A stretch of 64,000 nt of DNA from an uncultured SAR86 cluster bacterium (GTDB lineage Bacteria; Pseudomonadota; Gammaproteobacteria; Magnimaribacterales; D2472), in assembly GCA_902601475.1 (NCBI GenBank), contig CACKNK010000001.1, positions 208,584 through 272,583 on the forward strand. The letters run 5' to 3'. Positions 9,317 through 19,062 of this stretch are shown one piece after another. The notes beneath the pieces were generated by a model. The model was given only the letters and a program-made list of their open reading frames with translations. It had not been told where the DNA came from and did no database searches. How positions within the stretch are numbered: the stretch's first letter is position 1; every line of letters begins with the position of its first letter. The position numbers and the translations under genes were made by a program.

Positions 9317-10324
9317 TTAAGGCCTCTTATTAAACACATTTATAAAATTAAAGGGTGCTTCAGCATTAGGATTAAAAAAAGTTGGTGCTACTCTTTCAGC
9401 AATTTTAGAGTACCTTTCATGAATCTGATCCTTGGCAGAATTAATACTTCCGACAATGGCAATTGTTTCCAGCATTTCATCATTAATAAGTTTTGGCATC
9501 TCATCCCACGCTCCTTTCTTTGAGAGCTTGTTAAGTTCAAAATGTATATTCTCCCAACCATGCTCCTCAAGAACAACTTTATAGGCAGGTGTAGAGCCAT
9601 AAAAACCAAGCTGCATCCTCAGTCCATTAATTGCTTGATCAAGCTCATCCTGATCATCTGCAGCAGCTACCATGGCGCCAATTGAAATTTTAAAATTTTT
9701 ATTTTTTGATTTATTAAGCCCTTTATCTACTGCAGGAAGTGTTATGGCTTGAAGAGATTTTACTGAATGAAATGGATGAACCAATAATCCGTCAGCAACT
9801 TCTGCTGCTACACATGTCATTAATGGTCCTACTCCGGCAAGATATATGCTGGGAAGACCATACTCATGTTTTCCAGGATTAAAAAGTGGTGTCATAAGCG
9901 TATGACTATAAAATTCTCCTTTAAAATTTAACTGAGTTCCATTTTCCCAACACTCCCATATAGATTTTATAGCTTGGATCATTTCCCTCATTCTGTTTGC
10001 TGGAGAGGACCATGGCATTGAAAAGCGTTTTTCGATATGGGGTTTGATCTGAGATCCAAGACCCATAATAAATCGTCCTTTTGATAAGAGCTGTAAGTCA
10101 TAACCAATATTTGCTAACAGCATAGGATTCCTAGCAAAGGCAATGGCTATGGATGTAATTAAATTTATCTTTTTAGTATTTGATGCCGCAACTGCAAGCG
10201 GCAAGAATGGTTCATGAGGACCTTCAAATGTACACAGTCCATCAAATCCCGACGCCTCTATCTTTGAAGATAAATCTGCGGCATCACTAGGATCTCTAGT
10301 GATAATTGGCGCATCAATTTTCAT
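9317..10324 (-). CDS. Luciferase-like (LLM) oxidoreductase, probable F420-dependent family
   Basis: EGPHEPFLPL, IAIAFARNP, GRFIMGLGSQIKPHIEKRFSMPW, HTLMTPLF and FYGSTPAY. Confidence 0.85.
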   Translation of the reverse strand: MKIDAPIITRDPSDAADLSSKIEASGFDGLCTFEGPHEPFLPLAVAASNTKKINLITSIAIAFARNPMLLANIGYDLQLLSKGRFIMGLGSQIKPHIEKRFSMPWSSPANRMREMIQAIKSIWECWENGTQLNFKGEFYSHTLMTPLFNPGKHEYGLPSIYLAGVGPLMTCVAAEVADGLLVHPFHSVKSLQAITLPAVDKGLNKSKNKNFKISIGAMVAAADDQDELDQAINGLRMQLGFYGSTPAYKVVLEEHGWENIHFELNKLSKKGAWDEMPKLINDEMLETIAIVGSINSAKDQIHERYSKIAERVAPTFFNPNAEAPFNFINVFNKRP

Positions 10325-10407
10325 GAGATCATTCTAATCAAAATAAGGTTGCAATGATATGTTGGAACTGCGATGCTAATTTAATATATTTTTGGTATGA
10401 ATAAATT

Positions 10408-11019
10408 ATGAAGATTTTTGGATGTAATGATTCAAGACACGTTCGGCCTTTATGGACCGCAGAAGAAATGGGCTTGGATTATGAGTTAGAGATGCTGCCA
10501 TTCCCACCAAGATTTTTTAAAAAGGAATATTTGGATATAAATATTCTTGGCACTGTTCCATATTTAAAAGATGGAAAAGTTGAAATGACTGAGTCAGTGG
10601 CTATGTGTACTTATTTGTGTGAGCAATATGGTCCATCTGATTTAATAGTTTCTCCTGATGAAGATGACTATGCTGATTATCTAAATTGGCTTGCGCATTC
10701 TGATGCCACTTTGACCTTCCCTCTTACTGTTTACTTAAGATATGCCCTTCAAGAAGTTGGTGTAGCTGATGCAGCTGCAGAGGGTTACAAAAGATGGTTT
10801 TTGGCAAGACTAAGGTTGTTAGAAAAAAAATTAGAATCAAGGGAGTACCTTTGTAGCGACCGATTCACTTTAGCTGATATATGTGTCAGCTATGCTATTT
10901 ATTTAGCCACTTCTTTAAATGTTAACGAAGCATTAAAGCCAAATATAGCTCGATGGTCAGAAAAACTATTTAATCGAGATGCGTTTAAACGGGCAACTTC
11001 ACAAAGATTTATTGAATAG
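10408..11019 (+). CDS. Glutathione S-transferase family protein
   Basis: INILGTVP...ESVAM in the N-domain and YL..DRFTLADI in the C-domain. Confidence 0.9.
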   Translation: MKIFGCNDSRHVRPLWTAEEMGLDYELEMLPFPPRFFKKEYLDINILGTVPYLKDGKVEMTESVAMCTYLCEQYGPSDLIVSPDEDDYADYLNWLAHSDATLTFPLTVYLRYALQEVGVADAAAEGYKRWFLARLRLLEKKLESREYLCSDRFTLADICVSYAIYLATSLNVNEALKPNIARWSEKLFNRDAFKRATSQRFIE

Positions 11020-11067
11020 AGTTAACTGTTACTGAGCCAGCCACCATCTAAATAGAAACTAATAAAA

Positions 11068-12207
11068 TTATTCGCCTATAAAATTAGCTAGCCTTTCATA
11101 GGCCTCAATGAAGTCTTCTTTAAATTCTTGGACAACATCGCTGGCAGAAATGCTCTGATTCATTAGCCCTACTCCCTGACCAACCCAGTATGTAGAAAGA
11201 TCTTTAGCTCCTTCATGACCACCCTCTGCTAATTTATTAACCTTTGCTAATGCTGGTTCAGCGACCATAGGCTGTAAGGGCATTGGAAGTGGTTCAGGTG
11301 CACCATCAGCTTCCCAAGCTTGAGTCCATGCTGAAACAAGCTGTCTTGAATGTTTACCAGTTCTACTTCGAGAACGAGTTGTTTGACTCGAGGACGCTTC
11401 GATCATTTTTTGTTTAATTATAGGTGGAACTTCTGACTCAGCTGTTGTTAGCCATACTGATCCACACCATGCACCAGATGCACCCATGCTCATAGCTGCT
11501 GCCATCTGTTTTCCAGTTGCAATTCCGCCTGCTGCTAAGATTGGAACATCACCATAGGGTTGAATAGCTTCATAAACTTCAGGGATCAAGACCATTGTTG
11601 AAACACTGCCGCAATGACCTCCTGCTTCGGTGCCAGAAACTACTAATATATCGACGCCAGCTTTTACTTGGTTAATAGCATGTTGTGCGGTCCCAAGAAG
11701 TGCAGCAACTTTAACATTATTATCTTTACCCATTTTTACCATCCAATCGGGCGGCACACCAAGAGCATTAGCAATTATTTTTATGGGATGACTGAACGCA
11801 ACATCCAAAAGTGCCTTAGCCCCATCCTCCTTAGTGTTCTCAGCCATATATGTTGCAGCAGTATTAATATTTCTTAACTCACTTGCTTCAATATCATGAT
11901 TTTCAAGAACATCAGCCCTGAAATCAGCATATTCCTGTGGGATCATTGATGATAGTTTTTCTGCATCAAACTTTTTGTCCTTATCTGCCATTTTGTTAGG
12001 TATCAGAACATCTACTCCGTATGGCAAGCCATCGATATGATCATCAATCCATTTGAGCTCCTCTTCTAATTGTTCTGGTGTCATACCAACAGCACCTAGT
12101 ACACCACACCCTCCTGCTTTTGATACAGCAACAACCACATCTCTACAATGAGTAAATGCTACCAGAGGAAATTCGATATCTAATAGTTCGCAGATTCTTG
12201 AGTTCAT
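11068..12207 (-). CDS. Nitronate monooxygenase / FabK-like flavoprotein
   Basis: AVSKAGGCGVLG, GTEAGGH, AAGGIATG and GQGVG. Confidence 0.88.
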   Translation of the reverse strand: MNSRICELLDIEFPLVAFTHCRDVVVAVSKAGGCGVLGAVGMTPEQLEEELKWIDDHIDGLPYGVDVLIPNKMADKDKKFDAEKLSSMIPQEYADFRADVLENHDIEASELRNINTAATYMAENTKEDGAKALLDVAFSHPIKIIANALGVPPDWMVKMGKDNNVKVAALLGTAQHAINQVKAGVDILVVSGTEAGGHCGSVSTMVLIPEVYEAIQPYGDVPILAAGGIATGKQMAAAMSMGASGAWCGSVWLTTAESEVPPIIKQKMIEASSSQTTRSRSRTGKHSRQLVSAWTQAWEADGAPEPLPMPLQPMVAEPALAKVNKLAEGGHEGAKDLSTYWVGQGVGLMNQSISASDVVQEFKEDFIEAYERLANFIGE

Positions 12208-12262
12208 AATTAATTATTCCTTTTTTAATTACTAGTTTAACTAATTTTAAACAATTTTTTAT

Positions 12263-12307
12263 TGGTAATATTTTGTTAATTATATTACCATTATTAGATT
12301 ATCTAAT
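12263..12307. promoter_or_regulatory. Two inverted repeats upstream of the atu-like operon (candidate operators)
   Basis: TGGTAATAT-N10-ATATTACCA (12263-12290) and ATTAGAT-T-ATCTAAT (12293-12307), the latter ending right at the ATG. Confidence 0.45.
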
Positions 12308-13960
12308 ATGAAAAATCTTGCACCAAAAATTAAATCCAATCTTGATACTAACTCTGAAGAGTTTTCTCAGAACAAAGAAATGATGCTTGATAAGATAAGT
12401 TTCCTTGATGAACTTCTTGATAAAGCAAAACTGGGAGGTGGTACGCATCATCATGAAAGACTAGCAAAAAGAGGAAAAATGCCTGTTAGAGAAAGAGTCT
12501 TCAATCTTCTAGATCCCGACACACCATTTCTTGAAATTGCACCATTTGCTGCCTATGGGACGGAATTTACTGTTGGGGGTGGTTGCGTATGTGGCATAGG
12601 AGTTGTTGCTGGTACAGAATGCGTAATATTTGCAAATGATCCATCTGTGCTAGCAGGAGCCATGACAGTTTATGTCGGAGAAAAGTGGAATCGTGCAATG
12701 GAAATTGCCAGAGTAAATCGATTGCCGTATATAAATTTTGTTGAATCTGCAGGTGGTGATTTAAGAATGGGTACAGGCAAGAAAGGAGATCAGCCTCCGG
12801 TAGCACCGACAATTGGACATACTCATTTTGCTGCGACTGGAAGATTTTTTTATGACATGACAGAACTCTCAAAAATGAGAATACCGGTCATCTCAGTTGT
12901 TTTTGGATCTTCTACAGCCGGTGGTGCATATCAACCTGGAATGTCTGATTACAATATATTTGTTAAAGATCAAGCTAAAGTTTTTTTAGCAGGACCCCCT
13001 CTTGTAAAAATGGCAACTGGCGAAGAGTCTGATGATGAAACCCTTGGCGGAGCTAAGATGCACTCTGAGGTATCAGGCTTATCTGATTATCTTGCTGAAG
13101 ATGAAATGGATGCCATTCGTTTATGTCGCAACGTTGTTTCACATCTTCATTGGGAAAAACAGGGAATAGAGCCTGCCTTACTTGGAGATGAGCCCACCTT
13201 AGATCCTGAAGAGTTATTGGGATTGGTTGATGAAGATCTTAAAAGTCCATTGGATATTAGAGAGGTGATAGGAAGAATTGTTGATGGATCAAGGTTTGAA
13301 GAGTATAAGACTCTTTATGGAAAAACAATGATATGTGGTTGGTCAATGATGCATGGCTATCCTGTTGGCATTGTTGGCAACAATGGTCCAATTTATCCAG
13401 AGTCTGCTGAGAAAGCAGCTACATTTATTCAGCTCTGCAATAAAAGAAATATGCCAATAATTTTTTTACAAAATGTTACCGGTTTTCTTGTCGGTAAAGA
13501 TTTTGAAAGACAAGCGATCATTAAAAAAGGCTCTCAACTTATAAATGCAGTATCAAATTCAACCGTACCCCATATTACCATTATTGTGGGATCATCTTAT
13601 GGAGCTGGGACATACGCAATGTCAGGTAGGGCCTACGATAATAAGTTCACTTTCCTTTGGCCAACAGCAAAAATTGCTGTGATGGGACCAAAGCAAATTG
13701 CTGGTGTTATGTCGATTGTAAGGAGAGGCCAGGCTGCAAGAAAAGGTGAAAAATTTGATGAAAAAGCTGATGCTGAAATTGTAAAAATGGTTGAAAGTGC
13801 GGCTGAACAAATGTCACTGGGCCTAGTTGCGAGCAGCATGATTACCGATGATGGGATAATTGATCCAAGAGATACAAGAACAATAATTGGTTTTTGCTTG
13901 TCTGTAATTAATAACTCTGAAATTAAAGGTGCAAGTGAATTTGGGGTCTTCAGATTATGA
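12308..13960 (+). CDS. Acyl-CoA carboxylase beta subunit (geranyl-CoA carboxylase AtuC-like)
   Basis: RGKMPVRER, VESAG, STAGGAYQPGMSD, GPPLVKMATGE, SYGAG and DDGIIDPRDTR; lies next to atuA. Confidence 0.88.
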   Translation: MKNLAPKIKSNLDTNSEEFSQNKEMMLDKISFLDELLDKAKLGGGTHHHERLAKRGKMPVRERVFNLLDPDTPFLEIAPFAAYGTEFTVGGGCVCGIGVVAGTECVIFANDPSVLAGAMTVYVGEKWNRAMEIARVNRLPYINFVESAGGDLRMGTGKKGDQPPVAPTIGHTHFAATGRFFYDMTELSKMRIPVISVVFGSSTAGGAYQPGMSDYNIFVKDQAKVFLAGPPLVKMATGEESDDETLGGAKMHSEVSGLSDYLAEDEMDAIRLCRNVVSHLHWEKQGIEPALLGDEPTLDPEELLGLVDEDLKSPLDIREVIGRIVDGSRFEEYKTLYGKTMICGWSMMHGYPVGIVGNNGPIYPESAEKAATFIQLCNKRNMPIIFLQNVTGFLVGKDFERQAIIKKGSQLINAVSNSTVPHITIIVGSSYGAGTYAMSGRAYDNKFTFLWPTAKIAVMGPKQIAGVMSIVRRGQAARKGEKFDEKADAEIVKMVESAAEQMSLGLVASSMITDDGIIDPRDTRTIIGFCLSVINNSEIKGASEFGVFRL

Positions 13961-15876
13961 AAATCAATTCCATACTTATAGCTAACCGCGGTGAAATAGC
14001 TTGCAGAATCATAAGAACAGCTAATGAAATGGGAATTAAAACAATTGCCATTTATGAAGAAGCTGATTCAAATGCAACATTTGTAAGCATGTCCGATGTT
14101 GCAGTAAAACTTAAAAATGGCTATTTGGATGCAGATGAAATTGTAGATGCAGCAAAAAAGATAGGAGCTGATGCAATCCATCCTGGCTATGGGTTTCTAT
14201 CGGAAAACTCAATTTTTGCTAGAAAAGTAATTCGTAACAACATAATTTGGATCGGACCAACACCTCATGTTATCAAGGTGATGGGAGATAAAATCAAAGC
14301 TAAAGAATTGGCGATAAAAGCAAACGTACCAACTCTAGAAAAAGCTGAAAGTATTAAAGATTCAAAACAACTTGGATTCCCATTGCTAATTAAAGCTGCT
14401 GCTGGAGGCGGCGGCAAAGGGATGAGAATTGTTAATAATAAAAATGAGCTTAAAGATGCGGTTGCAGCTGCAAAAAGAGAAGCAAAAGCTGGTTTTGATG
14501 ATGAGAGAGTATTTATTGAGAAATACATTAAAAAATCAAGGCATATTGAGATTCAGATTCTGGGTGATCAACATGGAAATGTTATACATCTAGGTGAAAG
14601 AGAATGCTCAATTCAAAGACGACATCAAAAAATTATTGAAGAGTCCCCTTCACCCAAACTTAATGATGAGTTAAGAGAGCAAATTGGTAATGCGGCAGTC
14701 AAATTGGCAAAAAAAATTAAATATCAATCAGCAGGAACTGTTGAATTTATTCTTGATGAAAATACAAATGAGTTCTGGTTTCTTGAAGTTAACACTAGGT
14801 TGCAAGTTGAACATCCTGTTACTGAGGAAGTTACAGGAGTTGATCTTGTAAGAGCACAGATAAACATTGCAAAAAATGAGTATCTGGAATTAAAACAAAA
14901 GGATGTTGAATTTAATGGGCATGCACTGGAAGTTCGACTTTATGCAGAGAATCCAAATAATGATTTTCTTCCTGAAACTGGAAAAATAGTATGTTATGAA
15001 CCTTACAAAAATAAATCTATTAGGTGGGATTCAGGTGTCCAGAAAGGATATGAGGTCGGTACAAACTTCGATCCAATGCTCTCAAAAGTAATTAGCTGGG
15101 CCCCCAACAGAACAGATGCATGCTTGCAACTCGCAACCGCCCTTGAAAAATCCTGTATTGGAGGAGTGAAAACAAATAAAGATTTTTTAGTTGAATGCAT
15201 CAGACATCCAGAGTTTTTGGCCGGAAATACAACATCTGACTTTATTGAGATTCAAAGTCCTAACAGGAAAAAAGTTCTCAACGATCATGATAAAAATAAC
15301 TTAATGATCGCAGGCGCTTTGTGGATATCACAAACTAATATCAAAAATAAAAATAAACTCCGATTTATTAAGCATTCTTGGACGAATGGTCGACTGCCGC
15401 ATCAGAATATTTCCTTTCAATTTGAAAATGAGATACATCAAATTAAATATAGCTACATAAATAAAGAATCTATTTCGATTCTTGAAAAAAAAGTAGAAAT
15501 TATTTCCTTTGATAATGAAATGCTTGAATGTGTTATTGATGAATTTAGAAGTCAATATCAAATTTATAGGGACGAAGATAGGTTATTCGTTTTTGACTCA
15601 TTTAATGATATCCAACTAAAAGTTTTACCGAGATTCATTGATTCAAATACCTCATCCATAGAAGGTGGCTTATTGGCTCCGATGCCAGGCAAAATTTCAG
15701 AGGTTCTTATAAAAAAAGATCAAAAAGTTAAAGCTGGACAATCATTAATGATTATTGAAGCTATGAAGATGGAGCAAACGATCAAGTCACCAAATGCAGG
15801 CAAAATTTCAAAGATTATGGTTAAAAAAGGTCAGCAGGTTGAAAACGGTGAATCACTATTGGTAATTGATGAATAA
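13957..15876 (+). CDS. Biotin carboxylase/biotin carrier alpha subunit (AtuF-like)
   Basis: ANRGEIA, HPGYGFLSEN, GGGGKGMR, RECSIQRRHQK, NTRLQVEHPVTE and the biotin site EAMKM. Confidence 0.92.
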   Translation: MKINSILIANRGEIACRIIRTANEMGIKTIAIYEEADSNATFVSMSDVAVKLKNGYLDADEIVDAAKKIGADAIHPGYGFLSENSIFARKVIRNNIIWIGPTPHVIKVMGDKIKAKELAIKANVPTLEKAESIKDSKQLGFPLLIKAAAGGGGKGMRIVNNKNELKDAVAAAKREAKAGFDDERVFIEKYIKKSRHIEIQILGDQHGNVIHLGERECSIQRRHQKIIEESPSPKLNDELREQIGNAAVKLAKKIKYQSAGTVEFILDENTNEFWFLEVNTRLQVEHPVTEEVTGVDLVRAQINIAKNEYLELKQKDVEFNGHALEVRLYAENPNNDFLPETGKIVCYEPYKNKSIRWDSGVQKGYEVGTNFDPMLSKVISWAPNRTDACLQLATALEKSCIGGVKTNKDFLVECIRHPEFLAGNTTSDFIEIQSPNRKKVLNDHDKNNLMIAGALWISQTNIKNKNKLRFIKHSWTNGRLPHQNISFQFENEIHQIKYSYINKESISILEKKVEIISFDNEMLECVIDEFRSQYQIYRDEDRLFVFDSFNDIQLKVLPRFIDSNTSSIEGGLLAPMPGKISEVLIKKDQKVKAGQSLMIIEAMKMEQTIKSPNAGKISKIMVKKGQQVENGESLLVIDE

Positions 15877-16471
15877 AGCTCTCTTAAAAGAAGCAGGTAC
15901 TTTAAACCATCGTCATAATGAAGTTATGGATCGGCTTGAAAAGATAATTGATGAGGGTAAGTCATATAAAACAATGGCTGATTTAGCTTCAATGCTTAAG
16001 GTATCCCTCAGAACGCTTTATGAAATTGCGCCGAGTAAGGATGAGCTGATAAATTTAACAATTAATAATGTTTTAACCAAGCATGGCAAAATTGCTATAG
16101 AAAAAATTCAAACACTAGATTCCCCAATAGAAAAATTGCGTGTCTACTTGAATACTGTTAATCAGGCTGTGGGTCCAAGATTTGAAAAATTTACTTTATC
16201 TTTGAGCAAAAAACATTCAACCAATGAAATGATAGATTTTCATGAAAATTACATTACAAATTTTATTAAGAGCCTTTTGGATGATGCTGTTCAAGCTAAT
16301 GAAATTGCTGATATCGATACCGAAGCAACAGCTTTGGCCTTGGGAGGTTTAGGCAGATACTTTCAAAATAAAAAAATTCACTCTAAGCCGTCATTGGCTT
16401 CACCAGAAGATTCATCAAATTTTTTATCTGATTTAATTTTATCCGGTTTAATAGAGAAACAGCATGACTGA
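15869..16471 (+). CDS. TetR/AcrR family transcriptional regulator
   Basis: HTH motif TMADLASMLKVSLRTLY..PSKDEL; ATG at 15869. Confidence 0.85.
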   Translation: MNKALLKEAGTLNHRHNEVMDRLEKIIDEGKSYKTMADLASMLKVSLRTLYEIAPSKDELINLTINNVLTKHGKIAIEKIQTLDSPIEKLRVYLNTVNQAVGPRFEKFTLSLSKKHSTNEMIDFHENYITNFIKSLLDDAVQANEIADIDTEATALALGGLGRYFQNKKIHSKPSLASPEDSSNFLSDLILSGLIEKQHD

Positions 16472-18245
16472 TCTTATTCGAATAGGTAATTGCAGTGGTT
16501 ATTACGGAGATAAGCTATCTGCAGCTAAAGAAATGGTTGAGGGAGGCCCTATAGACGTTCTTACTGGAGATTACTTAGCAGAACTGACAATGACAATTCT
16601 TTTCAATCAAAGAATGCAAAGAGGTGAAGATAAAGGTTACGTAGGGACATTTTTAAAGCAGGTAAAAGAAATTGCGCATACATGTAAATCGAAGAACATT
16701 AAAGTAGTTACTAATGCAGGAGGTTTAAATCCTCAATCAATGGCAAATGAAATTGAAAAGATTCTTGCTGAATTAAAAATTGATCTCAAGGTAGCCTACA
16801 TTACCGGTGATGACTTGATGCCACGAATGGAAAATTTGATTCAATTAAATGAACCTTTTAACAACATTGATAAAGGCACGCCTCTTGAAGAATCTGGCTG
16901 TCATACACTCACAGCAAATGCTTATCTAGGAGCTTGGGGTATCAAGGAGGCTTTGGATCTAGGGGCAGACATAGTTGTTTGTCCAAGAGTAACTGACGCT
17001 GCAGTAGTAATAGGTCCGGCTGCATGGAAATTTGGTTGGGAGCGTAACGATTATGACAAATTAGCAGGTGCATTAGCTGCTGGTCATATTATTGAATGTG
17101 GCTGCCAGGCCACAGGTGGTAATTATGCTTTCTTTAAAGAAGTTCCAAGCTTTGATAACGTTGGCTATCCAATAGCAGAAATTCTGGAGGATGGTAGCTT
17201 TTATATTACTAAGCATCCTGGAACAGGAGGGCTTGTATCAACAGGAACAGTAACAGCACAATTGTTGTATGAAATTTCTGCTCCTGCTTATATAAATCCT
17301 GATGTTGTTGCGCATTTTGATACTTTAAAAATTGAACAAACCGAAAAAGATAAAGTATTTGTTTCGGGTTGTAGAGGAAGCTCACCTCCAGAAAAACATA
17401 AAGTTTGCATTAACCTTGCCGGAGGTTATAGAAATGGTATGGAGCTAGTTTTAACAGGATTGGATATTGAGGAGAAAGCTAAAATATTTACCGATACTTT
17501 ATTTAACTCTGTAGGGGGAAGAGAACAATTTGATGAGGTTTCAATTCATCTTGATAGGAACGATAAAGACGACCCTAACACTAATGAAGAAGCAATGGCT
17601 GCTCTAAGAATAAATGTAAAATCAAAAGATAAAGAACTTGTTGGCAGACTTTTTAGTGCAAAGATTATTGAATTAGCATTATCAAACTATCCCGGCTTTT
17701 TTGCTGGTGGTGGCGTTAAATCTGGTGGCCAAGTACTCATTTATTGGCCAGCATTAGTAGACTCAAAACATATCAATGAAGTGGTCCATTTCAATGGTAA
17801 ATCGAAAGAGCTTAAGCCAACAAGTCAGTTAAATTTTGAAGAAATTTATTATCAAACAGAGCCTATAAAAATACCAGATGCTCCAAAAGGTGAAACAAGC
17901 CATGTCCCTCTGGGGACTTTGTTTGGAGCAAGATCAGGAGATAAGGGTGGTTGTGCAAATTTAGGAGTGTGGGCAAAAGATTTAGATGCGTTTGCATTTT
18001 TGAGTTCATTTCTAACAATTGAAAAGCTTAAAGAATTAATGCCTGATCTAAAAGAATTTAAAATAGAGAGATTCGATCTTCCAAACATCCTTTCTCTTAA
18101 TTTTTATATTCATGATATTTTAGAGGATGGTGTTTCATCTAATTCAAGAAAAGATGCTCAGGCAAAATCCTTAGGTGAATACCTTAGAGCAAAAAAAGCA
18201 AATATCCCCTCCTCTCTTTTGGAGACTTTAAATGAATATGGATAA
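16464..18245 (+). CDS. atuA: Acyclic terpene utilization protein AtuA family
   Basis: RIGNCSGYYGD, DYLAELTM, NAYLGAWGI, GHIIECG..TGGN, QLLYE, ARSGDKGG.ANLG and DAQAKSLGE. Confidence 0.92.
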   Translation: MTDLIRIGNCSGYYGDKLSAAKEMVEGGPIDVLTGDYLAELTMTILFNQRMQRGEDKGYVGTFLKQVKEIAHTCKSKNIKVVTNAGGLNPQSMANEIEKILAELKIDLKVAYITGDDLMPRMENLIQLNEPFNNIDKGTPLEESGCHTLTANAYLGAWGIKEALDLGADIVVCPRVTDAAVVIGPAAWKFGWERNDYDKLAGALAAGHIIECGCQATGGNYAFFKEVPSFDNVGYPIAEILEDGSFYITKHPGTGGLVSTGTVTAQLLYEISAPAYINPDVVAHFDTLKIEQTEKDKVFVSGCRGSSPPEKHKVCINLAGGYRNGMELVLTGLDIEEKAKIFTDTLFNSVGGREQFDEVSIHLDRNDKDDPNTNEEAMAALRINVKSKDKELVGRLFSAKIIELALSNYPGFFAGGGVKSGGQVLIYWPALVDSKHINEVVHFNGKSKELKPTSQLNFEEIYYQTEPIKIPDAPKGETSHVPLGTLFGARSGDKGGCANLGVWAKDLDAFAFLSSFLTIEKLKELMPDLKEFKIERFDLPNILSLNFYIHDILEDGVSSNSRKDAQAKSLGEYLRAKKANIPSSLLETLNEYG

Positions 18246-19047
18246 AAAATCTTTGTCACTGGATGGGTTAAAGTTTGGGGCTTTGATAGTCAATGAAAAT
18301 GATCACATCTTAACTCTCAAATTAAATAGACCAGAAAGAAAAAATGCTATCAATGACATGATGGCGAATGAATTAATTTACTGCCTAACTTATGCAGATC
18401 AGAATCAAAATATAAGAGTTGTTGTAATTGAAGCAGCTGGAGATATTTTTTGTGCTGGTGGTGATCTGAGAAGTATGTCAGGAAAAGAGGAATCAGAACA
18501 ATCAAGTGTTCCTAAGGTTGGTGGAGGCACTGAAGATATTAGCATTCGAATCAGGAAACTCAACAAACCAGTTATTTGTAAAATACAAGGGAGTGTTTTA
18601 GCTGGAGCATTACTAATGGTAACTAATTCAACTCATGCGGTTGCGGTTAAAGAAGCTAAATTTTCAGCACCTGAAATAAAAAGAGGGATCTGGCCATTCA
18701 TGGTCATGGCAGGGTTATTTAGACTAATGCCCAAAAGACAAGGACTAGACTTTATTATGCGAGGCAATGCTATTGATGCTGAAACAGCAAAAGAATATGG
18801 CTTAATTAACAAAGTAGTAAAGGCTAAAGGTCTTGACAGCATTGTTGACGACATTGCTAATGAACTAGCAAGCCTGGCACCCTCTACAATGAGACAAGGT
18901 TTAGCTGCTTACAATGCTCAAGATGATTTAAATTTTGATGAAGCAATTCCTTTTTTAAGAGATGAATTAGCAAAATGTCTAAAAGGTGAGGATGCAAAAG
19001 AAGGCATAACAGCGTTCTTAGAAAAGAGACCTCCTAATTGGAAATAA
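18232..19047 (+). CDS. Enoyl-CoA hydratase/crotonase family (AtuE/LiuC-like)
   Basis: LNRPERKNA, FCAGGDL, PEIKRG and EGITAFLEKRPP.W. Confidence 0.88.
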   Translation: MNMDKKSLSLDGLKFGALIVNENDHILTLKLNRPERKNAINDMMANELIYCLTYADQNQNIRVVVIEAAGDIFCAGGDLRSMSGKEESEQSSVPKVGGGTEDISIRIRKLNKPVICKIQGSVLAGALLMVTNSTHAVAVKEAKFSAPEIKRGIWPFMVMAGLFRLMPKRQGLDFIMRGNAIDAETAKEYGLINKVVKAKGLDSIVDDIANELASLAPSTMRQGLAAYNAQDDLNFDEAIPFLRDELAKCLKGEDAKEGITAFLEKRPPNWK

Positions 19048-19062
19048 TTTTATAAGGAAAAC

